DNA from: a virus
Strand: one strand, 5' to 3'
IMG/VR virus record: IMGVR_UViG_3300020182_002648
Coordinates: 32,001 to 96,000 of that record
Length of the DNA: 64,000 bases
Shown here: piece after piece, positions 1 to 10,500 of the stretch
How the letters are laid out: each line of letters opens with the position of its first letter
How positions within the stretch are numbered: position 1 is the stretch's first letter
Made by a program: the position numbers and the translations under genes
Notes under the pieces: model-generated
The model's database searches: none
The model's input: the letters and a program-made list of their open reading frames with translations, nothing else
Told to the model about the DNA's origin: nothing

Positions 1-89
1 AACCTATACGATGTGCACACGGAAACACCCGGAGATATACTCTATATAATCATGACCTACATGTACAGACTACTGAGATTACATTAACT

Positions 90-824
90 GTGGGAGGTAA
101 TAAAATTAAGACGAGAATAAACGTACCGCCAAAGTTTGAGAATGAGATAGTGATAACCACGCTATGTAAAGACAGACAAGAGTGGGTCACGACGTGGGCT
201 AATTATCACTTCGATTTAGGAGTGGATAGGATAATATTATATGATAACTCTAAAAATAATAATCTTAGAGATTCACTAGCACCATTAATATCATCCGGAA
301 AAGTGTTTTATATAAGATGGTCATATCCCTTCAAAACAAGTTCATTAAAAGCCACTGGAAGAAAACGAAACAGCTTATCATGTCAAACTACTTCTCAAAA
401 TCATTCGCTAAATCTTTTATCAAACTGTCGGATAGTAGGTAACTTAGATGTGGATGAGTTTATTAATCTACAAAAACATAAAAATGTTATGAGTTTTTTT
501 GATGAGTATATAAGAAGAGAGGAATATTACATCCGCATCCCCAGCAGGACATTTTTTAATAGCTCAAACAAACCCTACACTGGTAAGAAGTTCTTCAAAA
601 TATTCGAGTGTAACAGGACTACAGAGACACATAATGGAAAGCTATTTATACACCCAAAATCAATACCCGTAATTTCTGTACATCTACTGACTGACAACAA
701 TGTGATCACCGAGGTGAATCCTATCACTGCTTACTTCAATCACTACATCTATCTCTCTAATACTAACATATCTAGACGAACACGCACTGATACAACAACC
801 GATAACTCAATACTAAATATATAA
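90..824 (+). CDS. Glycosyltransferase, GT92/GT2-like (GT-A fold)
   Basis: W..YH..LGVDRIILYDN motif and DVDEF (DxD) motif; GTG start, true start uncertain. Confidence 0.7.
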   Translation: MGGNKIKTRINVPPKFENEIVITTLCKDRQEWVTTWANYHFDLGVDRIILYDNSKNNNLRDSLAPLISSGKVFYIRWSYPFKTSSLKATGRKRNSLSCQTTSQNHSLNLLSNCRIVGNLDVDEFINLQKHKNVMSFFDEYIRREEYYIRIPSRTFFNSSNKPYTGKKFFKIFECNRTTETHNGKLFIHPKSIPVISVHLLTDNNVITEVNPITAYFNHYIYLSNTNISRRTRTDTTTDNSILNI

Positions 825-829
825 TATAA

Positions 830-1561
830 ATGAACATCAATGAAATAGAAAAATCTCTCCGGGATAACACTCGCCACGAATACAGACTTGGTGATTATAT
901 CAAACAAATGATGTCTGGGGTATCTAATAAAAATGAAGAACTCAGACCACAATTACGTTCTCTGCGAGATAAACATAACGGAACAATGGGAGATGATCTA
1001 CTATCATACGTACAGTCAAAAAATATAAAAGGAACAAAGAATGTTCGGCAAGCTATCTTAAATTTTTTTAGAAATGCAGCCAAGTCAATAGCTGACCCGC
1101 CATACATGACAATACATCTACGACTAGGGGATGTGCTTGACCCCATCGGTGGAATTAAATCACGAGGGGAAGTTCATGGGTATTTAACACCTCTGAGTAT
1201 ATATAGTGATATGATTCAAGACTTAAAGAAACTCAATCCAGACCATCACATAGAGATCCAAACCGGTATTCATAAGTTTGGTGCTACTGCGACTGCAAAG
1301 TATCTATATGAGTTGAATGAACTCCTTGATAATAACGGTTTAAAACCAACTGTCAATATCACAGATCCAGATACTGCGTTTCTCCGGTTGATCTCATCCA
1401 AAACATTGATATACTGCAAGGGTGGATATTCACAGATAGCAGCAGTAATTTGTCAGGAGATGGGAGGCGATGTGTTGTATGCTGAGGATCTTGACAAGCG
1501 TAACCACTTCCCATATGCTGGGGACATCAGTATATTTGATTGCCCTCACTTGTATAAATAA
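830..1561 (+). CDS. Putative fucosyltransferase-like (GT11/NodZ-type) protein
   Basis: IHLRLGD matches the HxRxGD GDP-fucose-binding motif; C-terminal D..F..L.......GGYS; located in glycan cluster. Confidence 0.5.
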   Translation: MNINEIEKSLRDNTRHEYRLGDYIKQMMSGVSNKNEELRPQLRSLRDKHNGTMGDDLLSYVQSKNIKGTKNVRQAILNFFRNAAKSIADPPYMTIHLRLGDVLDPIGGIKSRGEVHGYLTPLSIYSDMIQDLKKLNPDHHIEIQTGIHKFGATATAKYLYELNELLDNNGLKPTVNITDPDTAFLRLISSKTLIYCKGGYSQIAAVICQEMGGDVLYAEDLDKRNHFPYAGDISIFDCPHLYK

Positions 1562-1583
1562 CGCATATCTATAAGTAATACTG

Positions 1584-2222
1584 ATGATCAACCACAAAGA
1601 GAAATTTATATATGTACATATACCAAAAACCGGTGGGCATAGTATTGATAAATACTTTATGTCACGTAATCTAGTTGATGATAAGTTGTGGCACTGTACT
1701 GCGCGTCAGCTACACGATCATCTAGGAGCAGATAAATGGTCCGAATACACAAGTTTCACTGTGGTACGCAATCCATGGGACCGGATGGTTTCTGAGTTTT
1801 GCTGGCAATCCGGAACAGGTGATAAACAAATAGCTACTCCATGGGGAAATAAAACAGCCACGTTCAAGGAATTTTTATTGATGGTAAAAGACTCTCCTAC
1901 TGATCATCACAATCTTAATCAAGTGCGTCAATTCGACACATGGTACAGGACACAAGAAGTTAAGGACGGTCACCTGAACACACAAGCTAGTTTTGTGTTG
2001 AGCCCATCTGGTGAAAAACTAGTACAGCATATCATCCGCTTCGAACAACTGAGCGAAGAGTTTTTACAAATATTATCAAAACTAAATCTTCCCATAGAAC
2101 CATTACCACACTTAAATAAATCCTCTCGGACGAAATATCAGGATTATTATGATCAAGAGAGTATAGATATTGTAGCTACTCGATTTAAAGATGATATCGA
2201 GTTGTTCAACTACAATTACTAG
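1584..2222 (+). CDS. Sulfotransferase (Sulfotransfer_2 family)
   Basis: 5'-PSB HIPKTGGHS, 3'-PB RNPWDRMVS, C-terminal DDIELFNY. Confidence 0.85.
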   Translation: MINHKEKFIYVHIPKTGGHSIDKYFMSRNLVDDKLWHCTARQLHDHLGADKWSEYTSFTVVRNPWDRMVSEFCWQSGTGDKQIATPWGNKTATFKEFLLMVKDSPTDHHNLNQVRQFDTWYRTQEVKDGHLNTQASFVLSPSGEKLVQHIIRFEQLSEEFLQILSKLNLPIEPLPHLNKSSRTKYQDYYDQESIDIVATRFKDDIELFNYNY

Positions 2223-2224
2223 AC

Positions 2225-3244
2225 ATGATTAAAACTCCTTCTCTACCGGGTCATATTCGTGATTTCGTTCTGAAGTGGATATTATCAGACGATACAATAC
2301 AACACTATGCTAAGCAACAAAACATATTTGTAAAACCACTGCAAATAGACAAATCGAAAAACTGTATTAGTAGTATTATAGCGAGGGATAATGGTAGATT
2401 GAAACTACCATCACCTACATTGTATGTCGGTTTCGAACCGTATATTGTAGGTTCACATCTAGACCCTGAACGTAATGGATTCTCCATACAGTCAGCTAGA
2501 GGTTCCGCTGGTGACATACCATTAGGTTTCGGATATGATCCTATTGAAGGTATAACATCAAGAACACAGCTCTTAGATAGAAATATATTAATAACAACTT
2601 GTGATAAACAAGAACATTGTCATTACTTACCTTTCATCTCGACACACCCTAGTATTATTGATAGTACTGAAAATATAAAGAAGCATAGTAACATAAACCG
2701 GAGATTTAAAGTAGGTTATATGAACAGAGTTAAATGTAATCGTAGAGAACAAATGTTTAATAATCTAGTGTATAGATTCGGAGTGAATCAGTGCCATGCT
2801 CTAGGTGAGAGGTGTGGTACATATCCAGAGACATTACAACCTAGTAACAATCCTCGATCAGGCCAAGATTGTTGGTATAATGATAAGCTACATCAACTAT
2901 ATTCAAACTATACATTCATGATAGCTATGGAGAATACAATTTCACCTGGATATATAACTGAGAAGATTTTAAACTCATTCATCGCTGGCGCGATTCCTAT
3001 ATATTATGGTACTGATGAAATCAAGGACGTATTTAACACTAAGGCTTTCATCCATGTAACTGACTACAAGTCAATCGAAGATTGTGCAGAATATATATCC
3101 AGTATGAATAATAAAGAAATCCTCCAGATGCAAAGTCAACATATATTCAAAAAACCACTACATGGCATGTTCAAAGAAACATCCGAGATGTATAGCAATA
3201 TACGAAATGATATTATAAGTATGTGTAATCATGAGAGACCGTAA
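2225..3244 (+). CDS. GT10 alpha-1,3-fucosyltransferase-like
   Basis: GT10 signature YTFMIAMENT..PGYITEKILNSFIAGAIPIYYG. Confidence 0.85.
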   Translation: MIKTPSLPGHIRDFVLKWILSDDTIQHYAKQQNIFVKPLQIDKSKNCISSIIARDNGRLKLPSPTLYVGFEPYIVGSHLDPERNGFSIQSARGSAGDIPLGFGYDPIEGITSRTQLLDRNILITTCDKQEHCHYLPFISTHPSIIDSTENIKKHSNINRRFKVGYMNRVKCNRREQMFNNLVYRFGVNQCHALGERCGTYPETLQPSNNPRSGQDCWYNDKLHQLYSNYTFMIAMENTISPGYITEKILNSFIAGAIPIYYGTDEIKDVFNTKAFIHVTDYKSIEDCAEYISSMNNKEILQMQSQHIFKKPLHGMFKETSEMYSNIRNDIISMCNHERP

Positions 3245-4004
3245 TATCTTAATCAATTTTGCAGATCATGCATATCATAACAGCCAGGTACGTAATTCAA
3301 CTTCCGGGTTGATGTACGGGTTTAACACCGTACATCAATACAATCCCCGGGATATTGATAAGGATTTTTATAACAAGAATAAAAAGATATTAGACCAACC
3401 CCGAGGTTGTGGGTATTGGTTGTGGAAGCCTTACTTTATATATAAAGAGTTAGTTGATCTATCTCCTGGGGATATATTATTTTACTCAGATTCCGGCTGT
3501 GACTTCATTAAAGACTTCACTCCGGTGATACGACATATTAGAGAGTCTGAACATGGTATATGCCCCTTCAAGCTTGCAGGAAAACATAAGGAGTTTATAT
3601 TTACGAAAAGAGACTTATTTATTGAGACAGAAACCGATACAGAAGAGTATACACAAACACCTCAGATAATGGCATCATTCATAGGGATACGAAAAACAGA
3701 TTTTACGGTTGACTTTTTTAAGAACTATCTACAGTACGCTCAAACCGAACAATTGATAACAGATTGTCCTAGTAAATCTAAAAATTACGATGGGTTTAAA
3801 GATCATAGACATGATCAATCAATCTTCAGTTTACTCTGCAAAAAACATAAAATACCAACTCTAGATGATCCTACACAATGGGGACTAAAGCATAAGGAGT
3901 CAAAACCCGGTTGTACATATATCTGGCATCGCCGGAATAATAATAGAATCAAGACAGAGATGAGAGACCTAGAAGGAATGAGAGTTCCGTTGATAGTAGG
4001 ATGA
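3231..4004 (+). CDS. Putative glycosyltransferase
   Basis: RGCGYWLWKP, YSDSG and DHRHDQSIFSLL motifs typical of a GT-A-like family in glycan loci. Confidence 0.6.
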   Translation: MRDRNILINFADHAYHNSQVRNSTSGLMYGFNTVHQYNPRDIDKDFYNKNKKILDQPRGCGYWLWKPYFIYKELVDLSPGDILFYSDSGCDFIKDFTPVIRHIRESEHGICPFKLAGKHKEFIFTKRDLFIETETDTEEYTQTPQIMASFIGIRKTDFTVDFFKNYLQYAQTEQLITDCPSKSKNYDGFKDHRHDQSIFSLLCKKHKIPTLDDPTQWGLKHKESKPGCTYIWHRRNNNRIKTEMRDLEGMRVPLIVG

Positions 4005-5053
4005 ACCGGAAATTAAGAATATATACCCCAATGAAGAAGGCGACCTCTGAGGAGAACGCACAGGTACTTCAACCCGGTATAAAAAACAGCAAACATTGTG
4101 AATCTGTAGACTTACCAGATCAGGTACGTACTTTAGATCACCCAGATGGTCCTTATGTAGAAAAATTGGCACCTCAAACACGAGGTACTCCAAAAGATAT
4201 TGATCTCATGATACTACACGGATGCATGCAGCCAGATCAAGCAAAGGTATGGAGAGAACAATACCCTGATATACCTGCTATTGTCATGGATTATAAAGAT
4301 GAACTCGAACTATATCACCCGGAACTTCGAGTGTTAGCTCACTTCAAGCGTAATATGGCTATAAGAAAATGGGGTAAACCGCTAGGAGTCAATGACTACA
4401 AACCACACAACGTTCATTTTTCACCATATTGTGTGCGTGAGGATATTGTAGCTGAGATGTCCCAGTATAAAAATACAGCAAGAGATAAGGATGTCTGTTG
4501 CTTTTTTGAGCCTAATGATGACAACTGGAGCAAGCACATTCCCATGCACTATGAACGTGGTGTAGGTTTACGATCTGTAATTGAGAATCATGTTGGTTGG
4601 TGTGGTACCCGCCGGCTAGTTGCATCAACATTACAGGCAGCTAAGAAGTGGTATGGTTGTGGATATGATATGCATATAGGTAAAACAGGTGGTGGCCAGA
4701 CTGACGGTAGGAGATCACCACAACAGGACTATTGTCGATTAATGGCCACGACCAAGATAATAGTGACAGCGACTCCTGACGGATGGGAGGGTGACTATAG
4801 GTTGATGGAATCTATTAGCAGTGGTGCATTAGTATTACATAACCGAATGGCATTACCTCCAGCTGGATTAGTCGATGGTAAGCACTGGATAATATATGAC
4901 GATCATCAGGATATGCTAGAGAAGGTATATTATTACAACACACATCCAGATCAAGCAAGAGTGATAGGAGAGCAGGGAAGAGATTACGTGATGAACAACC
5001 ACAAACCAGAGCACCGAGTCGAGAGTTGGCTTCGAATTATAGGTTTGTTATGA
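4001..5053 (+). CDS. GT-B glycosyltransferase (Glyco_trans_1_2/CgeB-like)
   Basis: C-terminal YRLMESISSGAL...IGEQGRDYVMNNH pattern. Confidence 0.7.
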   Translation: MNRKLRIYTPMKKATSEENAQVLQPGIKNSKHCESVDLPDQVRTLDHPDGPYVEKLAPQTRGTPKDIDLMILHGCMQPDQAKVWREQYPDIPAIVMDYKDELELYHPELRVLAHFKRNMAIRKWGKPLGVNDYKPHNVHFSPYCVREDIVAEMSQYKNTARDKDVCCFFEPNDDNWSKHIPMHYERGVGLRSVIENHVGWCGTRRLVASTLQAAKKWYGCGYDMHIGKTGGGQTDGRRSPQQDYCRLMATTKIIVTATPDGWEGDYRLMESISSGALVLHNRMALPPAGLVDGKHWIIYDDHQDMLEKVYYYNTHPDQARVIGEQGRDYVMNNHKPEHRVESWLRIIGLL

Positions 5054-5793
5054 AATTTGTAGGTATAACAGTTTGTGTTAATTATGCACCTATTTTGAGA
5101 TTAGCCTTACAAGAAACAAGCCAAAGACTAGATCGCATTATCGTTGTAACCAAGAAAGATGATATTGACACAATAAAGGTTTGTGAGGGATACAATAATG
5201 TGGATACAGTCTTCTTTGATTTTAGCGTTGATGAGAGGTGGTTTGAGACACACATGAAGCGATTTAAAAATGGGGAGATGAACAATCCGCCTGATATGAG
5301 AAAGCAATATTGGTCTAAGCGTTTATCTGATGCTAATGTCAAGGGATTTAATAAAGGTGGAGGGTTGCGTTTAGGTCAGCAACATGTAGTAAAAAACTAT
5401 CCAGGATCTGTACAAATCATTTTAGATTGTGATATAGTTCTCCCACCTGAATTCAAAACCGCGACGACTAGCATGGATTATATTAATGATGTTTTATATG
5501 TACCTAACGAGCGTCGTGATTACACATCATATACATTATACAAACAGCAAAAAACATTTAAGAACTACTCCACCGCTGGATGGGGATATTTTCAAATGTA
5601 CAGACCGTCAATAGAATCTAACAGAGTGTTTTATGATGACTGGCCAGATGCAGCGAAGACTGATGTTTGGTTCCGTAACGATATATTAAAGGGTGATTTC
5701 AAAAAAAAGATAAAACTCAATACACATGTAGATCACTTAGGACAGGAAGGTGGCTCAATACATTTAACTAAATACAACTTCGACTTTAACTGA
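5050..5793 (+). CDS. GT-A glycosyltransferase
   Basis: FNKG, LDCD (DxD), GYFQ, HLG motifs; ATG at 5050 overlaps the upstream stop. Confidence 0.65.
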   Translation: MKFVGITVCVNYAPILRLALQETSQRLDRIIVVTKKDDIDTIKVCEGYNNVDTVFFDFSVDERWFETHMKRFKNGEMNNPPDMRKQYWSKRLSDANVKGFNKGGGLRLGQQHVVKNYPGSVQIILDCDIVLPPEFKTATTSMDYINDVLYVPNERRDYTSYTLYKQQKTFKNYSTAGWGYFQMYRPSIESNRVFYDDWPDAAKTDVWFRNDILKGDFKKKIKLNTHVDHLGQEGGSIHLTKYNFDFN

Positions 5794-5794
5794 A

Positions 5795-6790
5795 ATGATA
5801 GTATCACACAAACATAAATTTATATTCATTAAGACACACAAGACGTCAACACAGACGTTTATGAAGTTTATCAAACCACATCTAGGGACAGATGATGTTA
5901 TGGCAGGTGATTCATCTAGTGACGTCAATGAGGATACGAAACTCAATGTAGATAAGAAATTTGAATCCACCGGCAAGAGTGCTCACGAGTATGTTGAAGT
6001 TTACGGAAACCATCTCCCGTGGTTTATGATCAAGGAAATAGTAGGTGATGATATATGGAGCAATTATACAAAGATCACTATTGAGAGAGATCCTTACGAT
6101 AGACTAGTATCACTATTTCATTTCCTTAATAATATTCTCATAAAACCCGGTCTATTCCAGCCCAGCCCGGGTTATCGTTCTCAATTGAAAGGTCCAGAGA
6201 TTAAAGACATGCTACAGAACAGTCTACTTGATCTATATCCAGAAGAGATACGAACCTATTTCGAGGAGCTTACACTCATGCAACTATCCTCACCGGTTAT
6301 GAATCTCATGGATCATGATACGTATGGTCCGATTGGAGTCGAAAAAGAGAGATCATTATATAAGAACACCGCGCGTGATTTAAATCTCAGAATATATGAA
6401 GTCGATAATAGCCCGTTGATCATCAATAACAAGCTCGGACCTTTTCCTTATCTAAACACTTCTGATATATGCATTCGATTAGAACCTTTTCAGAAACATC
6501 AAGCTAGTGAAGGTCAATGTAGATTTCTCAACTATGGATATTACTACGATGGTGATCGATTGCAGGTCGACGAAGTTATAGATTTTAAGGATGTGGGTAA
6601 CAATATAGGTGATACGTTTCAAAAATACGGAATCAATATTAAATGTGATGAGAGTTTATATAATGACAACAGCCAAAACACACACTACAGATCAACTACA
6701 TCCAGTTATAGTACTGATTGGTGGTATGAAGGCCTTAAGGGTTTCATGATCAAGGAATTAATTAATGAGAAACTCATTACGCGCACCTAA
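5795..6790 (+). CDS. Sulfotransferase family protein
   Basis: FIKTHKTSTQT and RDPYDRLVS PAPS-binding motifs. Confidence 0.75.
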   Translation: MIVSHKHKFIFIKTHKTSTQTFMKFIKPHLGTDDVMAGDSSSDVNEDTKLNVDKKFESTGKSAHEYVEVYGNHLPWFMIKEIVGDDIWSNYTKITIERDPYDRLVSLFHFLNNILIKPGLFQPSPGYRSQLKGPEIKDMLQNSLLDLYPEEIRTYFEELTLMQLSSPVMNLMDHDTYGPIGVEKERSLYKNTARDLNLRIYEVDNSPLIINNKLGPFPYLNTSDICIRLEPFQKHQASEGQCRFLNYGYYYDGDRLQVDEVIDFKDVGNNIGDTFQKYGINIKCDESLYNDNSQNTHYRSTTSSYSTDWWYEGLKGFMIKELINEKLITRT

Positions 6791-6812
6791 TTACATATAA
6801 ATATATGTATAT

Positions 6813-8651
6813 ATGGAAGAAGAGATGATTGTCAATTTATGCACCTTTATGGGACGAAAGAATAATGTTAAGATATTACTTGTATACGTGGAAGAAGCGC
6901 TCAAGATAAATGCTATTGATAATTATTATATGATAGATATGACTCGTAATCATAAGGATCACGAATATATATTTAGCGAACAACAACGACTCAATGAATT
7001 ATATCCAGAGCGAGTCCACGTTGTGAATAGGGAGATCCGGAGGAAACAGTTAGACGATAACACGGCTATGGACACAATCGGTAGTTGGGCACCATTCTAT
7101 GAGTTCTGTAGTCAATTTAGTGACAATGATGTAATTATAAAGTGTGATGATGACACTACATACTTTGACGTAGAGACTATTAGAGCTGCAGCAGAGGTAA
7201 GATTTAAAAACAAACACCCGTTCCTGATGCATGGTAATACTATTAATAATGGTATATGTGCTTTTCATCAGCAACGCAAAGGGATATGGACGTTTGAAGG
7301 TAATGATGTACTAGACAATTACCCTACAAGTGGACTAACAGGTCCCTTGTTTTCTCACCCGGAAATTGCATGCGGGTGTCATGAACAGTTCACACGAGAC
7401 TTAATAGCAGATGAGAGTAATATTAGTAAATATGCCTTAAACTCAAATCCATACTTCACAGCAAGAGTGAGTATTAATATGATATTCATGTTGGGAAGTG
7501 ATAGAGACATTATCAGCAAGATTGACACGCAAGATGAGTATGTTAGTAGCAGTAAGATAGGACAACAAACAGACCGCCCTAACATGTTGATTGGTGATTT
7601 TACGTGCGCTCATCACACATACGGAGTTCAAGAACCAGTAATGGAGGAGTTAGGTACATACAAAATGTACAAGGAGTTGGCGGATAAATACTACAGTAAC
7701 GACACAGTACGTACTAACAAGAGTATCACCCAACCAGAAGGACAATCACTGACACTCAAGTCTGATGATATATATTTGGCTAGATACTGGAGTGGTGAAA
7801 ATAGTATAACTATCAAGAACAACAGGACTGATAAATATATCAATTTAGATTGGGTCAAGACAGAGAGAGTTAAGTTTATCGAGGATAAACCCGGGCAGAA
7901 AGAACGAGTAGGAACAGGAGTGTACTGGTATAAGGCAGAGTTGTCAGCTAGTGACAAGCCAATGGTATTTAATCTAGATGATAAAGAGAAAGGAAACCTA
8001 CAAATACAGGATTGCACAGAGATATTTAAAACATCTCAACCAGGTAATAAGGCTGAACGGTTCATGACATTTCCTGTTAAGAAGTGGTTCCAACAGAACT
8101 ATAAAAAACAATACGTCAAGATCAATAACATAGGTACAGATGAAGCACAGATAGAGACTCCTCATCACCCTGGATTCAATTTAGTTGCAGATGATCGTAA
8201 TCCTGACAAGACTTTATACTTCTTTACAAACGGTGGAGAAGATACATGGACCGTAGAGGATCTGAGCAATACAAATAATCTAATCGTACCTATTTCAATT
8301 GATCGTGGTAATCAGGATGAGTGTGAGAATGACCCTACTACCGCCCGGGTTGTTAATGATGACAGTTTACCGGAGTGTAGGAATTTTAGAGAATTCTACT
8401 GGATGGTTAATGGGTATATTTGGGAAATGGTACCTCAAGGAGATAATGAATGTCATGTAAAGTTGATAGCAGATGATCTAGATGATTTGTATCTCTCCGG
8501 AGAAGCTTCCGGTAAAGTGAGGTTGAGTGCCAATAAGGATCTCTGGAAGTTAAGCACCGATAAGTTTTTAGTCCACAACTCGACAAAATTAAAGTTATCT
8601 ATATCACCCACTGGAGTTGAGATTAACTTAACTGGAACTAAATTATCGTAA
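6813..8651 (+). CDS. GT-A domain fused to probable beta-trefoil (lectin-like) domains
   Basis: N-terminal IIKCDDD (DxD); C-terminal Trp-punctuated beta-rich repeats; TATAAATA at 6796. Confidence 0.5.
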   Translation: MEEEMIVNLCTFMGRKNNVKILLVYVEEALKINAIDNYYMIDMTRNHKDHEYIFSEQQRLNELYPERVHVVNREIRRKQLDDNTAMDTIGSWAPFYEFCSQFSDNDVIIKCDDDTTYFDVETIRAAAEVRFKNKHPFLMHGNTINNGICAFHQQRKGIWTFEGNDVLDNYPTSGLTGPLFSHPEIACGCHEQFTRDLIADESNISKYALNSNPYFTARVSINMIFMLGSDRDIISKIDTQDEYVSSSKIGQQTDRPNMLIGDFTCAHHTYGVQEPVMEELGTYKMYKELADKYYSNDTVRTNKSITQPEGQSLTLKSDDIYLARYWSGENSITIKNNRTDKYINLDWVKTERVKFIEDKPGQKERVGTGVYWYKAELSASDKPMVFNLDDKEKGNLQIQDCTEIFKTSQPGNKAERFMTFPVKKWFQQNYKKQYVKINNIGTDEAQIETPHHPGFNLVADDRNPDKTLYFFTNGGEDTWTVEDLSNTNNLIVPISIDRGNQDECENDPTTARVVNDDSLPECRNFREFYWMVNGYIWEMVPQGDNECHVKLIADDLDDLYLSGEASGKVRLSANKDLWKLSTDKFLVHNSTKLKLSISPTGVEINLTGTKLS

Positions 8652-9481
8652 TGAAAGTCGGAGTTATTGGAGCAGGATTCGTTGGAAACGCGATGAGTCA
8701 ATTAAGCCCAGGAGTGGATATAATCGTATGGGACACTGACGAGAGCAAGAGGGTACCAGTTGACATAACATTCGAAGATTTTGTTAAACAGTCTGAAATA
8801 GTCTTTATAGCAGTACCTACACCGATGGATAAAGATGGTAGATGTCATACTGATATCGTTGAGAGTGTAGTTAGCGACGTACGTAGGATTGATAATGAAC
8901 AGCACATAGTAATAAGATCAACAGTACCTCCTGGTACATGTGCTCGATTAGGTGTTAGTTTCATGCCAGAGTTCTTGACAGAGAGATATTGGAAGACTGA
9001 TTTTATACGAACAACAAAGTGGATTATCGGTACAAATGATAATATACTATTCGAATTGATGACAACCATGTTCAAACTAGCGAAAGATCGAGGATGTATC
9101 GATAGCTGTGTGACTGAACAATACACACCTAGTGAAGCTGAGATGATGAAGTATACCGCTAATTGTTTTCTAGCGACCAAGATAAGCTTCTTCAATGAAG
9201 TTAGCGAGTTATGTGACACAATTGGTATTGATTATAATAATATCATCAAATTCTGTGGTGGTGATCCTCGAATTGGTAACAACCACACCCGCGTGCCTGG
9301 TCACGACGGAAAGAGAGGATATGGAGGTACATGCTTTCCAAAGGATATGAACGCATTAGCGCATGAGTTTGAAGCGAACGGTTTAGAGTCATATATAATA
9401 AAAGCATCAATCGAACGAAATGAACATCATGACCGGCCTGAACGCGATTGGAAGTCGGATAGTGGTAGAGCAGTAATTTAA
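8651..9481 (+). CDS. ugd: UDP-glucose/GDP-mannose 6-dehydrogenase (short form)
   Basis: GAGFVG, IAVPTP, RSTVPPG, PEFL, catalytic GYGGTCFPKD. Confidence 0.9.
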   Translation: MKVGVIGAGFVGNAMSQLSPGVDIIVWDTDESKRVPVDITFEDFVKQSEIVFIAVPTPMDKDGRCHTDIVESVVSDVRRIDNEQHIVIRSTVPPGTCARLGVSFMPEFLTERYWKTDFIRTTKWIIGTNDNILFELMTTMFKLAKDRGCIDSCVTEQYTPSEAEMMKYTANCFLATKISFFNEVSELCDTIGIDYNNIIKFCGGDPRIGNNHTRVPGHDGKRGYGGTCFPKDMNALAHEFEANGLESYIIKASIERNEHHDRPERDWKSDSGRAVI

Positions 9482-9483
9482 TA

Positions 9484-10500
9484 ATGAAGGTAAATATATT
9501 TGGATGCGGGATGAGCGGCACAGTCGCGGCGATCTTATTTAAAGAACAAGGACATGATGTTGAGATATTTGAGACTAGGTCTCATGTTGCTGGCAATTGT
9601 TTTGATAAAAAGAATGAGGATGGTTGCACAGTACATGAGTATGGTTCGCATATCTTCCATACCAACGATAAAGAGGTATGGGACTTTTTAAACCGGTACA
9701 CAAAATTTAACGACTATCAGCACCGTGTCAGAGCGAACACCAAGGAAGGATTATTGAGCATTCCATTCAGTAAAAAGACAGAACAAGAACTCGGACGTGA
9801 TCTGTCACCTAAAGAGATACAAGAGTTGTTATTCCGTGATTATTCCGAACGTCATTGGGGCATACCATGGGAGGAATTACCCAAGAGTATAAGCGGCAGA
9901 GTACCTAACAAACGTGACAATTTCGACGACCGATACTTCACTGACACATATCAAGGTATACCAGAGAAAGGATATACTACCATGTTTAATAATATGTTAG
10001 ATGGTATCAAGGTTAACGTTGGTGTAGATCGTGATTTACGCAAACGTATCAAAGGGGACCTTACAGTTTGGACCGGAAAGATATCTGAGTATTTCGACTT
10101 AGCATACGGTCATCTCCCTTATCGTTCCCTTAGATTTGAACACACACGCGTAAAACGAGACCCGATGTACACATGGGACAAAGGATCAGTTATTAACGAA
10201 TGTAACACCAAGCCTTTCAACCGTACTATGGACAACAGTGTGTATCTCAAGGAGGATGTGACTCACACTATTCATACACGTGATCATCCAGAGGAATATC
10301 AACCAGGTGTCAATGATCCAATTTACCCAAAGACATTCGGAGAAGGTCCAGAGGTATATAAGAAATATTTACAAGCCGCCGAAGCAGATAAGAATACTAT
10401 ATTCTTAGGCCGATTAGCCACATACAGATACTTGGATATGTGGATGGCAGTAAAACAAGTTATAGCTAAACTTGAAACTAGTGATAAATTAAAACGATGA
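9484..10500 (+). CDS. glf: UDP-galactopyranose mutase
   Basis: GCGMSG, GNCFD, YGSHIFHT, YQGIP, LPYRSL, GRLATYRYLDM. Confidence 0.95.
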   Translation: MKVNIFGCGMSGTVAAILFKEQGHDVEIFETRSHVAGNCFDKKNEDGCTVHEYGSHIFHTNDKEVWDFLNRYTKFNDYQHRVRANTKEGLLSIPFSKKTEQELGRDLSPKEIQELLFRDYSERHWGIPWEELPKSISGRVPNKRDNFDDRYFTDTYQGIPEKGYTTMFNNMLDGIKVNVGVDRDLRKRIKGDLTVWTGKISEYFDLAYGHLPYRSLRFEHTRVKRDPMYTWDKGSVINECNTKPFNRTMDNSVYLKEDVTHTIHTRDHPEEYQPGVNDPIYPKTFGEGPEVYKKYLQAAEADKNTIFLGRLATYRYLDMWMAVKQVIAKLETSDKLKR

